Assembly (NCBI GenBank): GCA_026413625.1 | Contig: JAOAKO010000004.1 | Coordinates: 1-52,253 of the forward strand | Direction: 5' to 3' | Source of the DNA: Candidatus Micrarchaeota archaeon | GTDB lineage: Archaea; Micrarchaeota; Micrarchaeia; CABMEP01 | Length of the DNA: 52,253 nucleotides | Shown here: one piece after another, positions 15,945 to 25,586 of the stretch | Position numbering within the stretch: position 1 is the stretch's first letter | Layout: every line of letters starts with the position of its first letter | Position numbers and translations under genes: made by a program | Notes under the pieces: generated by a model | What the model was told of the DNA's origin: nothing | What the model saw: the letters and a program-made list of their open reading frames with translations, nothing else | Database searches by the model: none

Positions 15945-16976
15945 ATGTCAATAGAAGCCAGGAAGCACACTCATATATCAGTTGCCATTGAAAATTCGGT
16001 TTCATTTGAAACTATATCCGCCGGTTTTGAAGATGTTTTAGTTTATCATGATTCGATTCCGGATTTGAACTTATCAGATATAAAAACAGATTTGAAATTC
16101 TTAAAGAAAGACATATCCGCTCCAATTATGATAGATTCGATAACTGGCGGATTCACAGGCGCTGAGAAAATAAACAAAAAACTAGCAGGTGCGGCAGAAA
16201 AGGAGAATATACCTTTTTCCCTGGGCTCTCAAAGGGCGATGATTGAAAAACCAGCCCTGTCTTACACTTATAAAGTGAGAGACGTGGCTCCGAGCATACC
16301 TATTGTAGGAAACATAGGGATTGCGAATCTGTCTAATGAATTGATAGGGAAGTTGGAGTCGGCATTGAAAGAAATAGATGCGGATGCATTGGCAATACAT
16401 CTAAATCCAATTCAAGAGGCAATTCAAAAGGAAGGAGATACTTACTTTAAGCACAAATTTGACCTTATAGATGAGGTCTGCGAAAAAATCGATGTGCCAG
16501 TCATAATAAAAGAAGTTGGACACGGGATGTCCATAGAAACTTTGAAAAAATTAGAAAAAACAAAAGCGCAGTTCATAAATATAGCAGGCGCAGGCGGAAC
16601 ATCTTGGGCTAAAATTGAAAGATTGCGAAATAATAGTTTGAGCTCAGCTTTTGATGAGGATGGCATTCCAACGGTCGTCTCTCTTGTTTTTGCAAAGAAA
16701 TATACTAGCAAAAAATTAATAGCCTCGGGAGGCGTAAGAAATGGCATTGAAATCGCAAAATCAATCTGCCTTGGTGCAGAATTGGGTGCTGCCGCCATTC
16801 CGTTTTTGAGGGCATATTATTCAAACAGTGTGACATCACTTATCAGGCAGTGGAAGTCTGAGCTTAAGAATTTCATGTTTACAAGAAACATAAACGACAT
16901 AAAGTCCCTGAGAAAACTTAAGCCTAAATTAGTTGGAAATACAAAAGAGCTGGTTGATGCACATATTAGATTATGA
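15945..16976 (+). CDS. fni: type 2 isopentenyl-diphosphate delta-isomerase (FMN-dependent IDI-2)
   Basis: RK..HI start, TIM-barrel FMN motifs (IKEVGHGMS, NIAGAGGTSWAKIE, ASGGVRNG). SD 'ggtgat' lies 4 nt upstream. Confidence 0.88.
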   Translation: MSIEARKHTHISVAIENSVSFETISAGFEDVLVYHDSIPDLNLSDIKTDLKFLKKDISAPIMIDSITGGFTGAEKINKKLAGAAEKENIPFSLGSQRAMIEKPALSYTYKVRDVAPSIPIVGNIGIANLSNELIGKLESALKEIDADALAIHLNPIQEAIQKEGDTYFKHKFDLIDEVCEKIDVPVIIKEVGHGMSIETLKKLEKTKAQFINIAGAGGTSWAKIERLRNNSLSSAFDEDGIPTVVSLVFAKKYTSKKLIASGGVRNGIEIAKSICLGAELGAAAIPFLRAYYSNSVTSLIRQWKSELKNFMFTRNINDIKSLRKLKPKLVGNTKELVDAHIRL

Positions 16977-17051
16977 ATCGCATAAGCATAAGAGTTATAT
17001 TCCTATTTAAAGAATAATTAACTATCATATTTTGCGCTTTAAAGTGATTTT

Positions 17052-18749
17052 ATGGATATAAGAGAAATCGCATTGAAATGGGCCTTAAAAAATGCTTTTG
17101 ACTATGGAAAGGCAGATGTAGGCGCAGTTGTAGGTAAGGTAATTGCAGAATATCCCGATATTAAGAAAGATATGAAATCAGCGATGCAAATAATAAATTC
17201 GGTTATCCAATTCGTAAATTCAATGCCAAGAGAAGAAATAGAACAGCATATTTCAAAATATAGTTTTGGGGAGAAGAAAAAAGAGGAGAAAAAAGGAGTT
17301 AATCTTCCTCCACATATAGAAGGAAAGGTAGTCACACGCTTTGCGCCAGAGCCTTCTGGTTATTTGCACATAGGACACGCAAAGGCATGCCTTATAAGTT
17401 GGCAGGGTGCTAGAGAGCAAAATGGCAAATTTATACTTAGGATAGATGATACCAATCCGTCTTTGGCAAAACAAGAATTTGTAAATGCGCTCAAAGAGGA
17501 TTTGAAATGGCTCGGTGTAGATTGGGATGTGGAATGCTTTACTTCAGATTTCATGGATATGTTTTACAAATACGCTTTTGATCTAATAAAAATGGACAAG
17601 GCATACGTCTGCGAATGCAACGGAGATACAATAAAAATAAATCGAGAAGAAAGAAGAGAATGCCCTTGTAGAAATAAGCCAATCATAAAAAACATTAAAG
17701 ATTTAGAAAAAATGATAAACGGGGGCTTTAATGAAGGAGAAGCAGTTTTAAGATATAAGGGAAGCATGTCTGCTCTAAATACAGTTATGAGAGATCCAAC
17801 TCTTATTAGAATAGTCAATGAGCCGCATTTCAGGCAGGAAGACAAATATGTTGCATGGCCTTCATATGATTTTGTCACTCCAATTCTTGATTCGATTCAA
17901 GGAGTCACTCATGCGGTCAGGTCAAAAGAGTACGAACTAAGGGATGAACTTTACTATTCTTTGATAAAAGACTTTGGACTGAGGCAGCCGCTTATCATAT
18001 CAATTTCAAGGCTTGTTATAAAGAACAATACTACTCAAAAAAGAGTTATAAGAAAGTTGGTGCAGGAAGGAGTTATAAGTGGCTGGGATGACCCAAGGCT
18101 TCTCACTATGAAGGCAATAAGGCGAAGGGGAATAAGGCCTGAAGCCCTTCGAGAATTTGCCCTATCCTTTGGAGTTAGCAAATCGGAATCAAAAGACGCA
18201 ACGCTCGAACAGCTGCTTCACAAAAATAAGCAGATACTCGATCCAGTTTCAAAAAGGCTGCACTTTGTAAGCCAGCCGGCGATCGTATGGATTAAAGGAT
18301 TTAAATCGCAGACAAATCTTCCATTTCACCAAGAAAAAGATCTGGGTGCAAGACAACTTTTTGTAAACGAGAAGATTTATCTTGAAAAAAGCGACATTGT
18401 AATAGGGGAAGAGATTAGGCTGAAAGACCTGTGCAATATAAAAATAATATCAAAAATTAGTGAAGGGGAGATTGAGATGTATGAGGCGATCAAAACCGAA
18501 TCCGATCGAATACCTGAGAAAAAGATACAATGGGTTCCGGTAGATTCCGCAGTCAAAGTTAGGGTTGAAAAACCATTAGACCTTCTTGATGGAGAAGTTC
18601 CGGCTAAGGTAAGTATGCAAATTGATGAGGGTTTTGCAGAATCGTATGTTAAAGAATTGCAGAAGGGAGAGGTAGTGCAATTTATTAGATACGGTTACGT
18701 AATAAAAGACAGGGAAGAAAATATGCCGGTATTTATATTCACTTCCTGA
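17052..18749 (+). CDS. gltX: glutamyl-tRNA synthetase (archaeal type)
   Basis: Class-I HIGH motif in RFAPEPSGYLHIGHAKA and an archaeal-type N-terminal helical extension (ALKNAFDYGKADVGAVVGKV). Length 565 aa. Confidence 0.9.
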   Translation: MDIREIALKWALKNAFDYGKADVGAVVGKVIAEYPDIKKDMKSAMQIINSVIQFVNSMPREEIEQHISKYSFGEKKKEEKKGVNLPPHIEGKVVTRFAPEPSGYLHIGHAKACLISWQGAREQNGKFILRIDDTNPSLAKQEFVNALKEDLKWLGVDWDVECFTSDFMDMFYKYAFDLIKMDKAYVCECNGDTIKINREERRECPCRNKPIIKNIKDLEKMINGGFNEGEAVLRYKGSMSALNTVMRDPTLIRIVNEPHFRQEDKYVAWPSYDFVTPILDSIQGVTHAVRSKEYELRDELYYSLIKDFGLRQPLIISISRLVIKNNTTQKRVIRKLVQEGVISGWDDPRLLTMKAIRRRGIRPEALREFALSFGVSKSESKDATLEQLLHKNKQILDPVSKRLHFVSQPAIVWIKGFKSQTNLPFHQEKDLGARQLFVNEKIYLEKSDIVIGEEIRLKDLCNIKIISKISEGEIEMYEAIKTESDRIPEKKIQWVPVDSAVKVRVEKPLDLLDGEVPAKVSMQIDEGFAESYVKELQKGEVVQFIRYGYVIKDREENMPVFIFTS

Positions 18750-18760
18750 TTGCTAATGCA

Positions 18761-19660
18761 GTGATGCTAATGATGCGCTTAGTTGTTTTAGGTTCTGGCG
18801 CGGCGGTTCCGTCTCCAGAAAGGAATCTTACATCAATAGCTTTAAGGTACGAAGGAGACGTATTCCTTTTCGATTGTGGCGAAGGTACACAACGCCAGAT
18901 GATGAAATATAAAATAAGCTATTCAAAGGTAAGAATGATACTAATTTCCCATTTGCACGGGGACCACATTTTCGGTATACCTGGGTTGCTGTATACTCTT
19001 TCGATAGAAGAAAATAAAAGAAAGGAGCCATTGCTTATAGCCGGCCCAAAGGGAACAGAAAAAAGAATAAGAGAATTGGTATCAAAGGATATTCCATTTC
19101 TTAAAATTGAAGAAATAGATGAAGGGTGGAACATAGATCTTGGCAGTGCGGTTATCTATGCATTTAGAACAAATCATTCAAACAATGGAGTGTCATTGGG
19201 TTATGTATTCGAAGAGAAAGAAACACTGAGATTTGACAAAGAGAAATGCGAAAAATTAGGTATTAAAGGAAAAATGTTCAAAATTATTGAGAGCGAAGGA
19301 TACATAAAATTAGGTAAGAAAACGGTGAAGATGGAAGAAATTACATACAAGAAAAAAGGTAAAAAAATCGTTATAACTGGAGATACTGCCTATTCTGAAA
19401 ATACTATTAAACATGCAAGTGGTTCCGACATTCTTTTCCACGAAGCAACTTTTATGGAAGACATGAGAGATAAGGCTGACGAAGATTTTCATTCGACAGT
19501 GATGGATGCGGCCACAGTTGCTAATAAAGCAAGAGTCAAAAAACTTGTTTTGTATCACATCGGCAACAGATATAAAGACGACAAAGAAATAGAAGACGAG
19601 GCAAAGAAAATATTTGAAAATACGGTAGTGGCAAAAGACGGACTTGAGATTCACTTATAA
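18761..19660 (+). CDS. rnz: ribonuclease Z (tRNA 3' endonuclease)
   Basis: VLGSGAAVPSPERNLTSIAL...FLFDCGEGTQRQM and the metallo-beta-lactamase motif SHLHGDHIFG. The likely true start is the ATG at 18770, since 'gtgat' lies 4 nt upstream. Confidence 0.9.
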   Translation: MMLMMRLVVLGSGAAVPSPERNLTSIALRYEGDVFLFDCGEGTQRQMMKYKISYSKVRMILISHLHGDHIFGIPGLLYTLSIEENKRKEPLLIAGPKGTEKRIRELVSKDIPFLKIEEIDEGWNIDLGSAVIYAFRTNHSNNGVSLGYVFEEKETLRFDKEKCEKLGIKGKMFKIIESEGYIKLGKKTVKMEEITYKKKGKKIVITGDTAYSENTIKHASGSDILFHEATFMEDMRDKADEDFHSTVMDAATVANKARVKKLVLYHIGNRYKDDKEIEDEAKKIFENTVVAKDGLEIHL

Positions 19661-19685
19661 TAAAAAATAAAAAAGATAAAATAAC

Positions 19686-20069
19686 TTATGCTGCAGGCTT
19701 TGTCGGTTCTTTTACAATCTCTATTTTTGCCCGCAATGCTCGCAAAACACCAGCTGCCCTCACTCTGTTAAAGTTTGCTATCTCATTCAAAACATCGTCG
19801 CTTACGTCATCAGGAAGTTTTTTTTCCTTTTTCCACAATTGCTGCCCTTTCTTCGCATCAGCAGTGTCCGCAAGAATGGTTCCCTTGATTGTCATGCTCC
19901 CGGATTTTTGTTTGTATTCCACATAAAACGTATACTTTATTTCAAGCTGGTTGTTTTTTGCCTTGACGCTATTGAGCTTTATAGTTATATTTCCTCCTTC
20001 TTCGAGCTTTTCCTTATCCTGTCTGAATTCAAAGTAATCAATCTGGTGTTCGCTGATCATCGCAATCAC
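19686..20069 (-). CDS. hypothetical protein
   Basis: 127-aa ORF; no family recognised. Confidence 0.45.
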   Translation of the reverse strand: MIAMISEHQIDYFEFRQDKEKLEEGGNITIKLNSVKAKNNQLEIKYTFYVEYKQKSGSMTIKGTILADTADAKKGQQLWKKEKKLPDDVSDDVLNEIANFNRVRAAGVLRALRAKIEIVKEPTKPAA

Positions 20070-20085
20070 ACATTTTTAATTCGAT

Positions 20086-20241
20086 TTATGCCTTAACAAA
20101 TTTGAATACTTTTCCACCGCATGATGGGCAAGTTCCTACAAGCTGTGCTCTCTCGCCAGTCTTTGTCTTTAATGTCTTCTTTTCAAATTTATCCACTTGA
20201 ACCTTTTTTCTGCATTTCATACAGTAAAATTCTTCTGCCAT
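20086..20241 (-). CDS. small zinc-ribbon protein (DUF5679-like)
   Basis: Not in the ORF track (51 aa). My translation is MAEEFYCMKCRKKVQVDKFEKKTLKTKTGERAQLVGTCPSCGGKVFKFVKA, with C-x2-C...C-x2-C and the 'GTCPxCG.K.F' pattern I associate with DUF5679. Confidence 0.6.
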   Translation of the reverse strand: MAEEFYCMKCRKKVQVDKFEKKTLKTKTGERAQLVGTCPSCGGKVFKFVKA

Positions 20242-20309
20242 ATCGATCCCTCCTTTCGTCTTTGCTAGATTGAAAGCATTAGACGTTAATATAATTAAAA
20301 ACCAATCGT

Positions 20310-20975
20310 TTAGATTCTTATAGAGTCATCAGGTTTCATGATAATTACTTTTCCGCGCGTTACTCTTCTTGCAAAGTCATTTACATCTTGAGTTATACGC
20401 TCAAACGTATTGTAATGAATGGGAATTATGTATTTGGCTCTAAATAATTTTGTGGCGTTTGCAGCATCGAGCACATCCATCGTATAGCTCCCGCCTATCG
20501 GAATCAATGCATAGTCGATATCCAATTGCATCATTTCATTGAATTGATACGTGTCTCCAGCATGATATATTTTGACCTTATCGTTGATTATGTATCCTAC
20601 GGGATATCTCGATTGCGGATGTGAGGCTTTGACTACAGTTATGTCAATCCCTCTTATTTGAAAATTGTCGCCTATTTCGACAGCGATTTTTTGCCTTTCG
20701 TTTATTTCTATCGCACTTACTGCCGGCTTAGGTCCGATTACTATTGCATTGGTTCTTTCTGCTAGTTCTTTAATGATTATCGGATCGCAATGGTCTCTAT
20801 GTTCATGCGTGATTAGAATCAAGTCCGCCTTCTTTATAAGATGCGGTTTTAATACAGGTATTTTTATGTTTTCAGGTATTCCGCTTCCGAAAAATGGATC
20901 TATAAGAATTGCAGTATCGTGCAGCAGTATTTCAAAACCAGAATGTCCAAGATATCTTATGTAATCCATTCGCAT
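20310..20975 (-). CDS. metallo-beta-lactamase-fold hydrolase (UPF0173-like)
   Basis: YLGHSGFEI......ILIDPFF and ITHEHRDHCD (HxHxDH). Size 221 aa. Confidence 0.8.
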   Translation of the reverse strand: MRMDYIRYLGHSGFEILLHDTAILIDPFFGSGIPENIKIPVLKPHLIKKADLILITHEHRDHCDPIIIKELAERTNAIVIGPKPAVSAIEINERQKIAVEIGDNFQIRGIDITVVKASHPQSRYPVGYIINDKVKIYHAGDTYQFNEMMQLDIDYALIPIGGSYTMDVLDAANATKLFRAKYIIPIHYNTFERITQDVNDFARRVTRGKVIIMKPDDSIRI

Positions 20976-21062
20976 CCCCTAAATAATTTACTGCCTTTGG
21001 TTTATCATACTAGATACATATGTAACGTTTGTATTTAAAATCCTACGTTATAATATACATTT

Positions 21063-21878
21063 ATGGGAAAGATTAATAGATATTTATATATTTTACTTTT
21101 TTCATTCCTTTTGCTTCCGCCAGCGTATGCTGGATTTACAAGAACTTTCATGACGATGCAGATAGTGGTTAATGAAGATGGAAGCGCCACTATACGAAAT
21201 GACATAAGATTTTACATGGATTCGCCCGATTCAATAGACCTATATAAGCTTTCACTTAAGACAACTAACGACATAGCAGGATGGAGACAAAGACTAGGGC
21301 TGAATGACATAAGATATTATGTAGATACAGCGAAGGTTCAGATAGAAAAGGTAACAATTCAGGCGTATTCGCCAGACACATGTAATTTTGACCAGACCGC
21401 ATGCTACGGAACTCTTTCTTACGAATATAAAATTAAACCCCCGACAAATGCAACAGGATTGGTCAAGATAGAAAAATACATCAAACCTAGAGTTATACGT
21501 TACAGTCTAAATACAGACTATCTATCATTTGAGACATCGGCTGTTGGGGAGAAATTCATTCCTGAAAGAACATCTGTTGAGATAGTCATTCCCCAGGATT
21601 CGATAAATGTAAAAATGTCTCCAATGCCTGTTGAATATATAGAGACCATTCCACGCGGAGCAAATAAGTTCACTTGGCAGGGAAGACTTGTTTTGACAAA
21701 TTCTGAATTAATCTTTGAGAGAAAAGTTTCCCTAATGACTGAATTAGTGGAGTTCTTCAATGCTCTATTCTCGACAGTTGTAACGTGGGTATTTTCATTA
21801 CAAGGAATTATCATTTTAGTCTCCATAGTGATGATCTGGGTTGGGTATTATCTTTTGAAGCAGCAGTCAAAAAAGTAA
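21063..21878 (+). CDS. secreted, C-terminally membrane-anchored protein, hypothetical
   Basis: Signal peptide (LYILLFSFLLLPPAYAG) and a C-terminal TM followed by KQQSKK. No family recognised. Confidence 0.5.
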   Translation: MGKINRYLYILLFSFLLLPPAYAGFTRTFMTMQIVVNEDGSATIRNDIRFYMDSPDSIDLYKLSLKTTNDIAGWRQRLGLNDIRYYVDTAKVQIEKVTIQAYSPDTCNFDQTACYGTLSYEYKIKPPTNATGLVKIEKYIKPRVIRYSLNTDYLSFETSAVGEKFIPERTSVEIVIPQDSINVKMSPMPVEYIETIPRGANKFTWQGRLVLTNSELIFERKVSLMTELVEFFNALFSTVVTWVFSLQGIIILVSIVMIWVGYYLLKQQSKK

Positions 21879-21887
21879 GGTGACAAG

Positions 21888-23333
21888 ATGAAAAAAGAAA
21901 CAATAGACTTAGATTCCCTTCATCAACACGACATTAAGCTTCTTACTGCACTTAGGAAAGAGAAAGAGGATATCGAATCAATAGCTAAACGATTAGGCCT
22001 AAGCAAGGATGCCCTAATAAGGTCTGCATTTGTGCTTAAGGATCTGGGTTTAGTTGATATAGTTGAGGAGGCAAAAGTAAGGTATGTTATTACGGGCGAA
22101 GGAAACAAAAATCTCAGAGAAGGATTTCCAGAGGAGAGGCTTCTCAGCAAAGACGGAACTCCAGTTTCTTCGCTTAGCGAAGAGGAAAGAAGGATAGGCT
22201 TGCAATGGGCGATGAAGAACGGATGGGTTAGGATTGCGGAAGGAAAAATAAAAATACTCTCAAGGCCGGAAAAATACGATCTGAGGGAAAAATTGAAGGC
22301 AATCGAAGAAGGAAGGGACGTAGACAAGGAAACAGTCAAACTTCTCCTTCAAAGAAAGAACATAGAGGAGACAGCTACAAAGAAATTCTTCGTTAGAATT
22401 ACCGATTTAGGAATGGAAACAGCTCCATCAGTGATGGACAGGTTGGACAAAGAGGAAATAAATGAGCTAACCCATTCTTTGATTACTTCTGGAAAATGGA
22501 GAAACGCAACATTCAGAAAATACAATTTAAGACTTAAGATTGAAAGGGCGAGAAAAGGAGCATACCACCCTGTAAACGAGTATATCAGACAAATAAGAGA
22601 GGTATTTGTAAGCATGGGCTTCGAAGAAATGACTGGCCCTGAAGTGGATTCCGCATTTTGGGACTTTGATGCCTTATTCACCCCGCAGGATCATCCAGCA
22701 AGAGAGCTTCAAGACACTTTTTATCTAGAAAATCCTGAGAAATTTGAGTATCCTGAAGATGTTGCGGAGAGGGTAAAGGAGATTCAGGAAAAGGCATGGA
22801 AATATAAGTGGGACCCAGAGATTCCAAGGCAGGCAGTTCTCAGAACACATACAACCACCCTCTCGGCGCATACGCTCGTTTCATTAAGGAAAGGGAAGAG
22901 AAGCAAGCCAGGAAAGTTTTTTGCGATCGGAAGGGTTTACAGAAATGAGGCAACAGACTTTAAGCATCTTGCAGAATTCTATCAAATAGAGGGAATTGTC
23001 GCATGGAAGAAGGCAACATTTAGGGACCTGCTCGGAGTCTTAAGCGCTTTCTATGAGAAGCAGGGGATAAAGATAAGATTCAGACCGCATTACTTCCCAT
23101 ACACAGAACCTTCTGTAGAGATTGACAGGTGGGATGAAAAAAGAAACCAATGGATAGAATTGGCGGGCGCAGGCATACTAAGGCCAGAGGTTTCATTGCC
23201 TCTGTGGGGTTCTTATCCTGTTCTTGCGTGGGGCATGTCTTTGGAAAGGCCTCTCATGAACCGCCTAAACCTTAAAGACATTAGAATACCATATCAAAAT
23301 GACATATATTGGATAGCTGATTCACAGATATGA
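21888..23333 (+). CDS. pheS: phenylalanyl-tRNA synthetase alpha subunit (archaeal/eukaryotic type)
   Basis: N-terminal wHTH repeats and a class-II core (HPARELQDTFY, LRTHTT, GRVYRNE, FRPHYFPYTEPS, AGAGILRPEV). SD 'aggtga' lies 4 nt upstream. Confidence 0.92.
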   Translation: MKKETIDLDSLHQHDIKLLTALRKEKEDIESIAKRLGLSKDALIRSAFVLKDLGLVDIVEEAKVRYVITGEGNKNLREGFPEERLLSKDGTPVSSLSEEERRIGLQWAMKNGWVRIAEGKIKILSRPEKYDLREKLKAIEEGRDVDKETVKLLLQRKNIEETATKKFFVRITDLGMETAPSVMDRLDKEEINELTHSLITSGKWRNATFRKYNLRLKIERARKGAYHPVNEYIRQIREVFVSMGFEEMTGPEVDSAFWDFDALFTPQDHPARELQDTFYLENPEKFEYPEDVAERVKEIQEKAWKYKWDPEIPRQAVLRTHTTTLSAHTLVSLRKGKRSKPGKFFAIGRVYRNEATDFKHLAEFYQIEGIVAWKKATFRDLLGVLSAFYEKQGIKIRFRPHYFPYTEPSVEIDRWDEKRNQWIELAGAGILRPEVSLPLWGSYPVLAWGMSLERPLMNRLNLKDIRIPYQNDIYWIADSQI

Positions 23334-23342
23334 CGTGGTCTT

Positions 23343-25025
23343 ATGGCAACAATTTCATTCAAGAAAAAAGAAATTGAAAAATTCATAGGAAAGGAAGTGC
23401 CTGCAGAACAGATAGCGCATGCATTTGAAATGCTAGGCATGCCTGTCGATAAGTGTGACGAGGATGAGATTGTGGCAGACATAACCAACGACAGGGTCGA
23501 TATGTTTACTGTGGAAGGCGCTGGAAGGGCGATAGGCCAGTTCCTAGAAATTATTAAGCCAAGGGACTACGCCCTTTCTAAATCAAACCTAGTATTGCAT
23601 GTAGAGAATGTAGAGGTCAGGCCTTATATAGTTGCATTCGTAGCTAAAAACGTTAAGCTTGACGATGAGATGATACGCTCGTTGATAATGGCCCAGGAAA
23701 AGATACACGAGACTTTTGGCAGAAAAAGAAGGAAAATTGCAATAGGAATCCATGATGCAGACAAGGTTCAGGGCCATCTTTACTACAAACAAGTCAAAGA
23801 CATCAGTTTCATTCCCCTGGATTCAGACAAAGAAATGAACATACGGGAAATATTAGACAAACATCCAAAAGGGCAGGAATATAGGCACATTTTTGAAGGA
23901 ACAAGCAACTATCCGATGTTTATGGACAGCAAAGGAGTTTTGTCTTTTCCGCCGATAATAAATTCAGAAAGAACAAGGCTAACCGGAGATACAAAGAATC
24001 TTCTTTTTGACATCACCGGCACTTCCGAGCATGCGATAAGAATAGTGGCAAACATCTTTGCGACATCACTTGCAGACAGAGGCGCGGTTATTGAGAATGT
24101 TGAACTAATGCTTCCAAATAAAGAAAAGAGAGAAAGTTTGGAGTATGGCAGGAGAGAGACGCTTTCTTTAAAATTCGCAAATAAAATTTTAGGCATAAGG
24201 CTAAAGCCTGATGAGGCTAAGCATCTCCTTGCGAGGACAGGATACAAGGCGGAGCTTACGGAGAAGAAAGACGAATTGTCTATTCACGTCCCACCTTACA
24301 GAGCCGACATCATGCACCAGGTCGATTTCGTTGAGGATATCGCGGTAGCATATGGATACGACAGATTTAAACCAAGGCTCCCGAATCTTGCAACCAACGG
24401 CTCACTATCGTCTCAATCAAAAATAGATCAAAAAATAAGAGAACTAATGGTAGCATTGGGATTCATTGAAACAAATTCATGGACTCTTACAAACGAGGAA
24501 ATGAATAAGAAGGCCCTCATAGATAAAAAGGCAGTGAAGATAAAGAATCCAAGAACTCAAGACTTTACAATGTTTAGGACAGACATTGCACCTTCACTCC
24601 TAAACATTCTTTTCGAAAACAAGACCAAAGGCCTTCCTATCCAAATTTTCGAGGTTGGAAGGGTCGCTGACGGCGAAGGAAGATGTTTTACAAATCTCTG
24701 TTGCGCGATTATGGGGGAAAAAGCAGATTTCAGCCAAATCGCAACAGTTCTATTTGAAACTAAAAGGTTTGCGAACGTTTCCGAAGTCTATCCTGACGAG
24801 TTAGAAAAGGCTAAAAAGTCGAAAAAGGAGGCAGGCTTCAGGCACTTGATAGATGGCAGGTATATCCTTATAAAAGACAACAATGACGACAGGATTTGCG
24901 GTTGGGCAGGTGAGATTCATCCTCAGGTGCTTGAAAACTTCAAGCTTGAATATCCGGTTGTTATGATGGAATTCAGGCTTCAGGCTAAAGAAGAGAAAAA
25001 AGCTAGAAAAAGAAAAGCAAATTGA
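23343..25025 (+). CDS. pheT: phenylalanyl-tRNA synthetase beta subunit (archaeal type)
   Basis: Starts 9 nt after pheS, and has B3/4 and B5-like regions (VPPYRADIMHQVDFVEDIAVAYGYD). Length 560 aa, ending in a Lys-rich tail. Confidence 0.9.
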   Translation: MATISFKKKEIEKFIGKEVPAEQIAHAFEMLGMPVDKCDEDEIVADITNDRVDMFTVEGAGRAIGQFLEIIKPRDYALSKSNLVLHVENVEVRPYIVAFVAKNVKLDDEMIRSLIMAQEKIHETFGRKRRKIAIGIHDADKVQGHLYYKQVKDISFIPLDSDKEMNIREILDKHPKGQEYRHIFEGTSNYPMFMDSKGVLSFPPIINSERTRLTGDTKNLLFDITGTSEHAIRIVANIFATSLADRGAVIENVELMLPNKEKRESLEYGRRETLSLKFANKILGIRLKPDEAKHLLARTGYKAELTEKKDELSIHVPPYRADIMHQVDFVEDIAVAYGYDRFKPRLPNLATNGSLSSQSKIDQKIRELMVALGFIETNSWTLTNEEMNKKALIDKKAVKIKNPRTQDFTMFRTDIAPSLLNILFENKTKGLPIQIFEVGRVADGEGRCFTNLCCAIMGEKADFSQIATVLFETKRFANVSEVYPDELEKAKKSKKEAGFRHLIDGRYILIKDNNDDRICGWAGEIHPQVLENFKLEYPVVMMEFRLQAKEEKKARKRKAN

Positions 25026-25052
25026 TCAATCGTTTCTCTTTTTAATTCTTTC

Positions 25053-25550
25053 ATGCAAGGAAGATATTTTTTAAAATATTATTGTTTAAATCATTCCATG
25101 CACAAGGCAAGGAAGTTTATAATCTTACCATTGAAGAAAGAGAACGCAAAGAAAGAAATAGCGGAGATGTTAAAAGAAGCGAAGCTTCCATACCAGAAAA
25201 TAGAGGAGGAGCTTATAGGAAATTCACCAATCATATGGATAACGTCTCCAGAAGAGAAGAAAATAATATCCTTCTTCAAGAAAAAGAACATGAAAGCATT
25301 TCCTTCAAATACTTCTATTGTAAAGCTTAAGGACAAGCCTGGCGAAGTGGCAAAGATAGCAAGAATTCTTATGTCGTCAGGCCTTGAAGTTGAGGATGCA
25401 CATCTAATACTTAAAAGCAAGTCCACTGCTCTTTATGGCATAATAACAAACAAGCCTGCGGAGGCGGACAGGCTCATTCAAAAAATAGTGGCTTCCCTAC
25501 AGGAATCAGAGGATGAAGAGGAAGAACAGCCAAGATACGAGGAGTACTGA
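25053..25550 (+). CDS. hypothetical protein with a possible ACT-like domain and acidic C-terminal tail
   Basis: IVKLKDKPGEVAKIARILMSSGLEVEDAHLI resembles an ACT beta-alpha-beta unit. The tail is ESEDEEEEQPRYEEY. The start may be the ATG at 25098 (MHKARKF). Confidence 0.4.
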   Translation: MQGRYFLKYYCLNHSMHKARKFIILPLKKENAKKEIAEMLKEAKLPYQKIEEELIGNSPIIWITSPEEKKIISFFKKKNMKAFPSNTSIVKLKDKPGEVAKIARILMSSGLEVEDAHLILKSKSTALYGIITNKPAEADRLIQKIVASLQESEDEEEEQPRYEEY

Positions 25551-25586
25551 AAGATCTAATGCAGACAGGTTTTAATCTGCTTTAGG

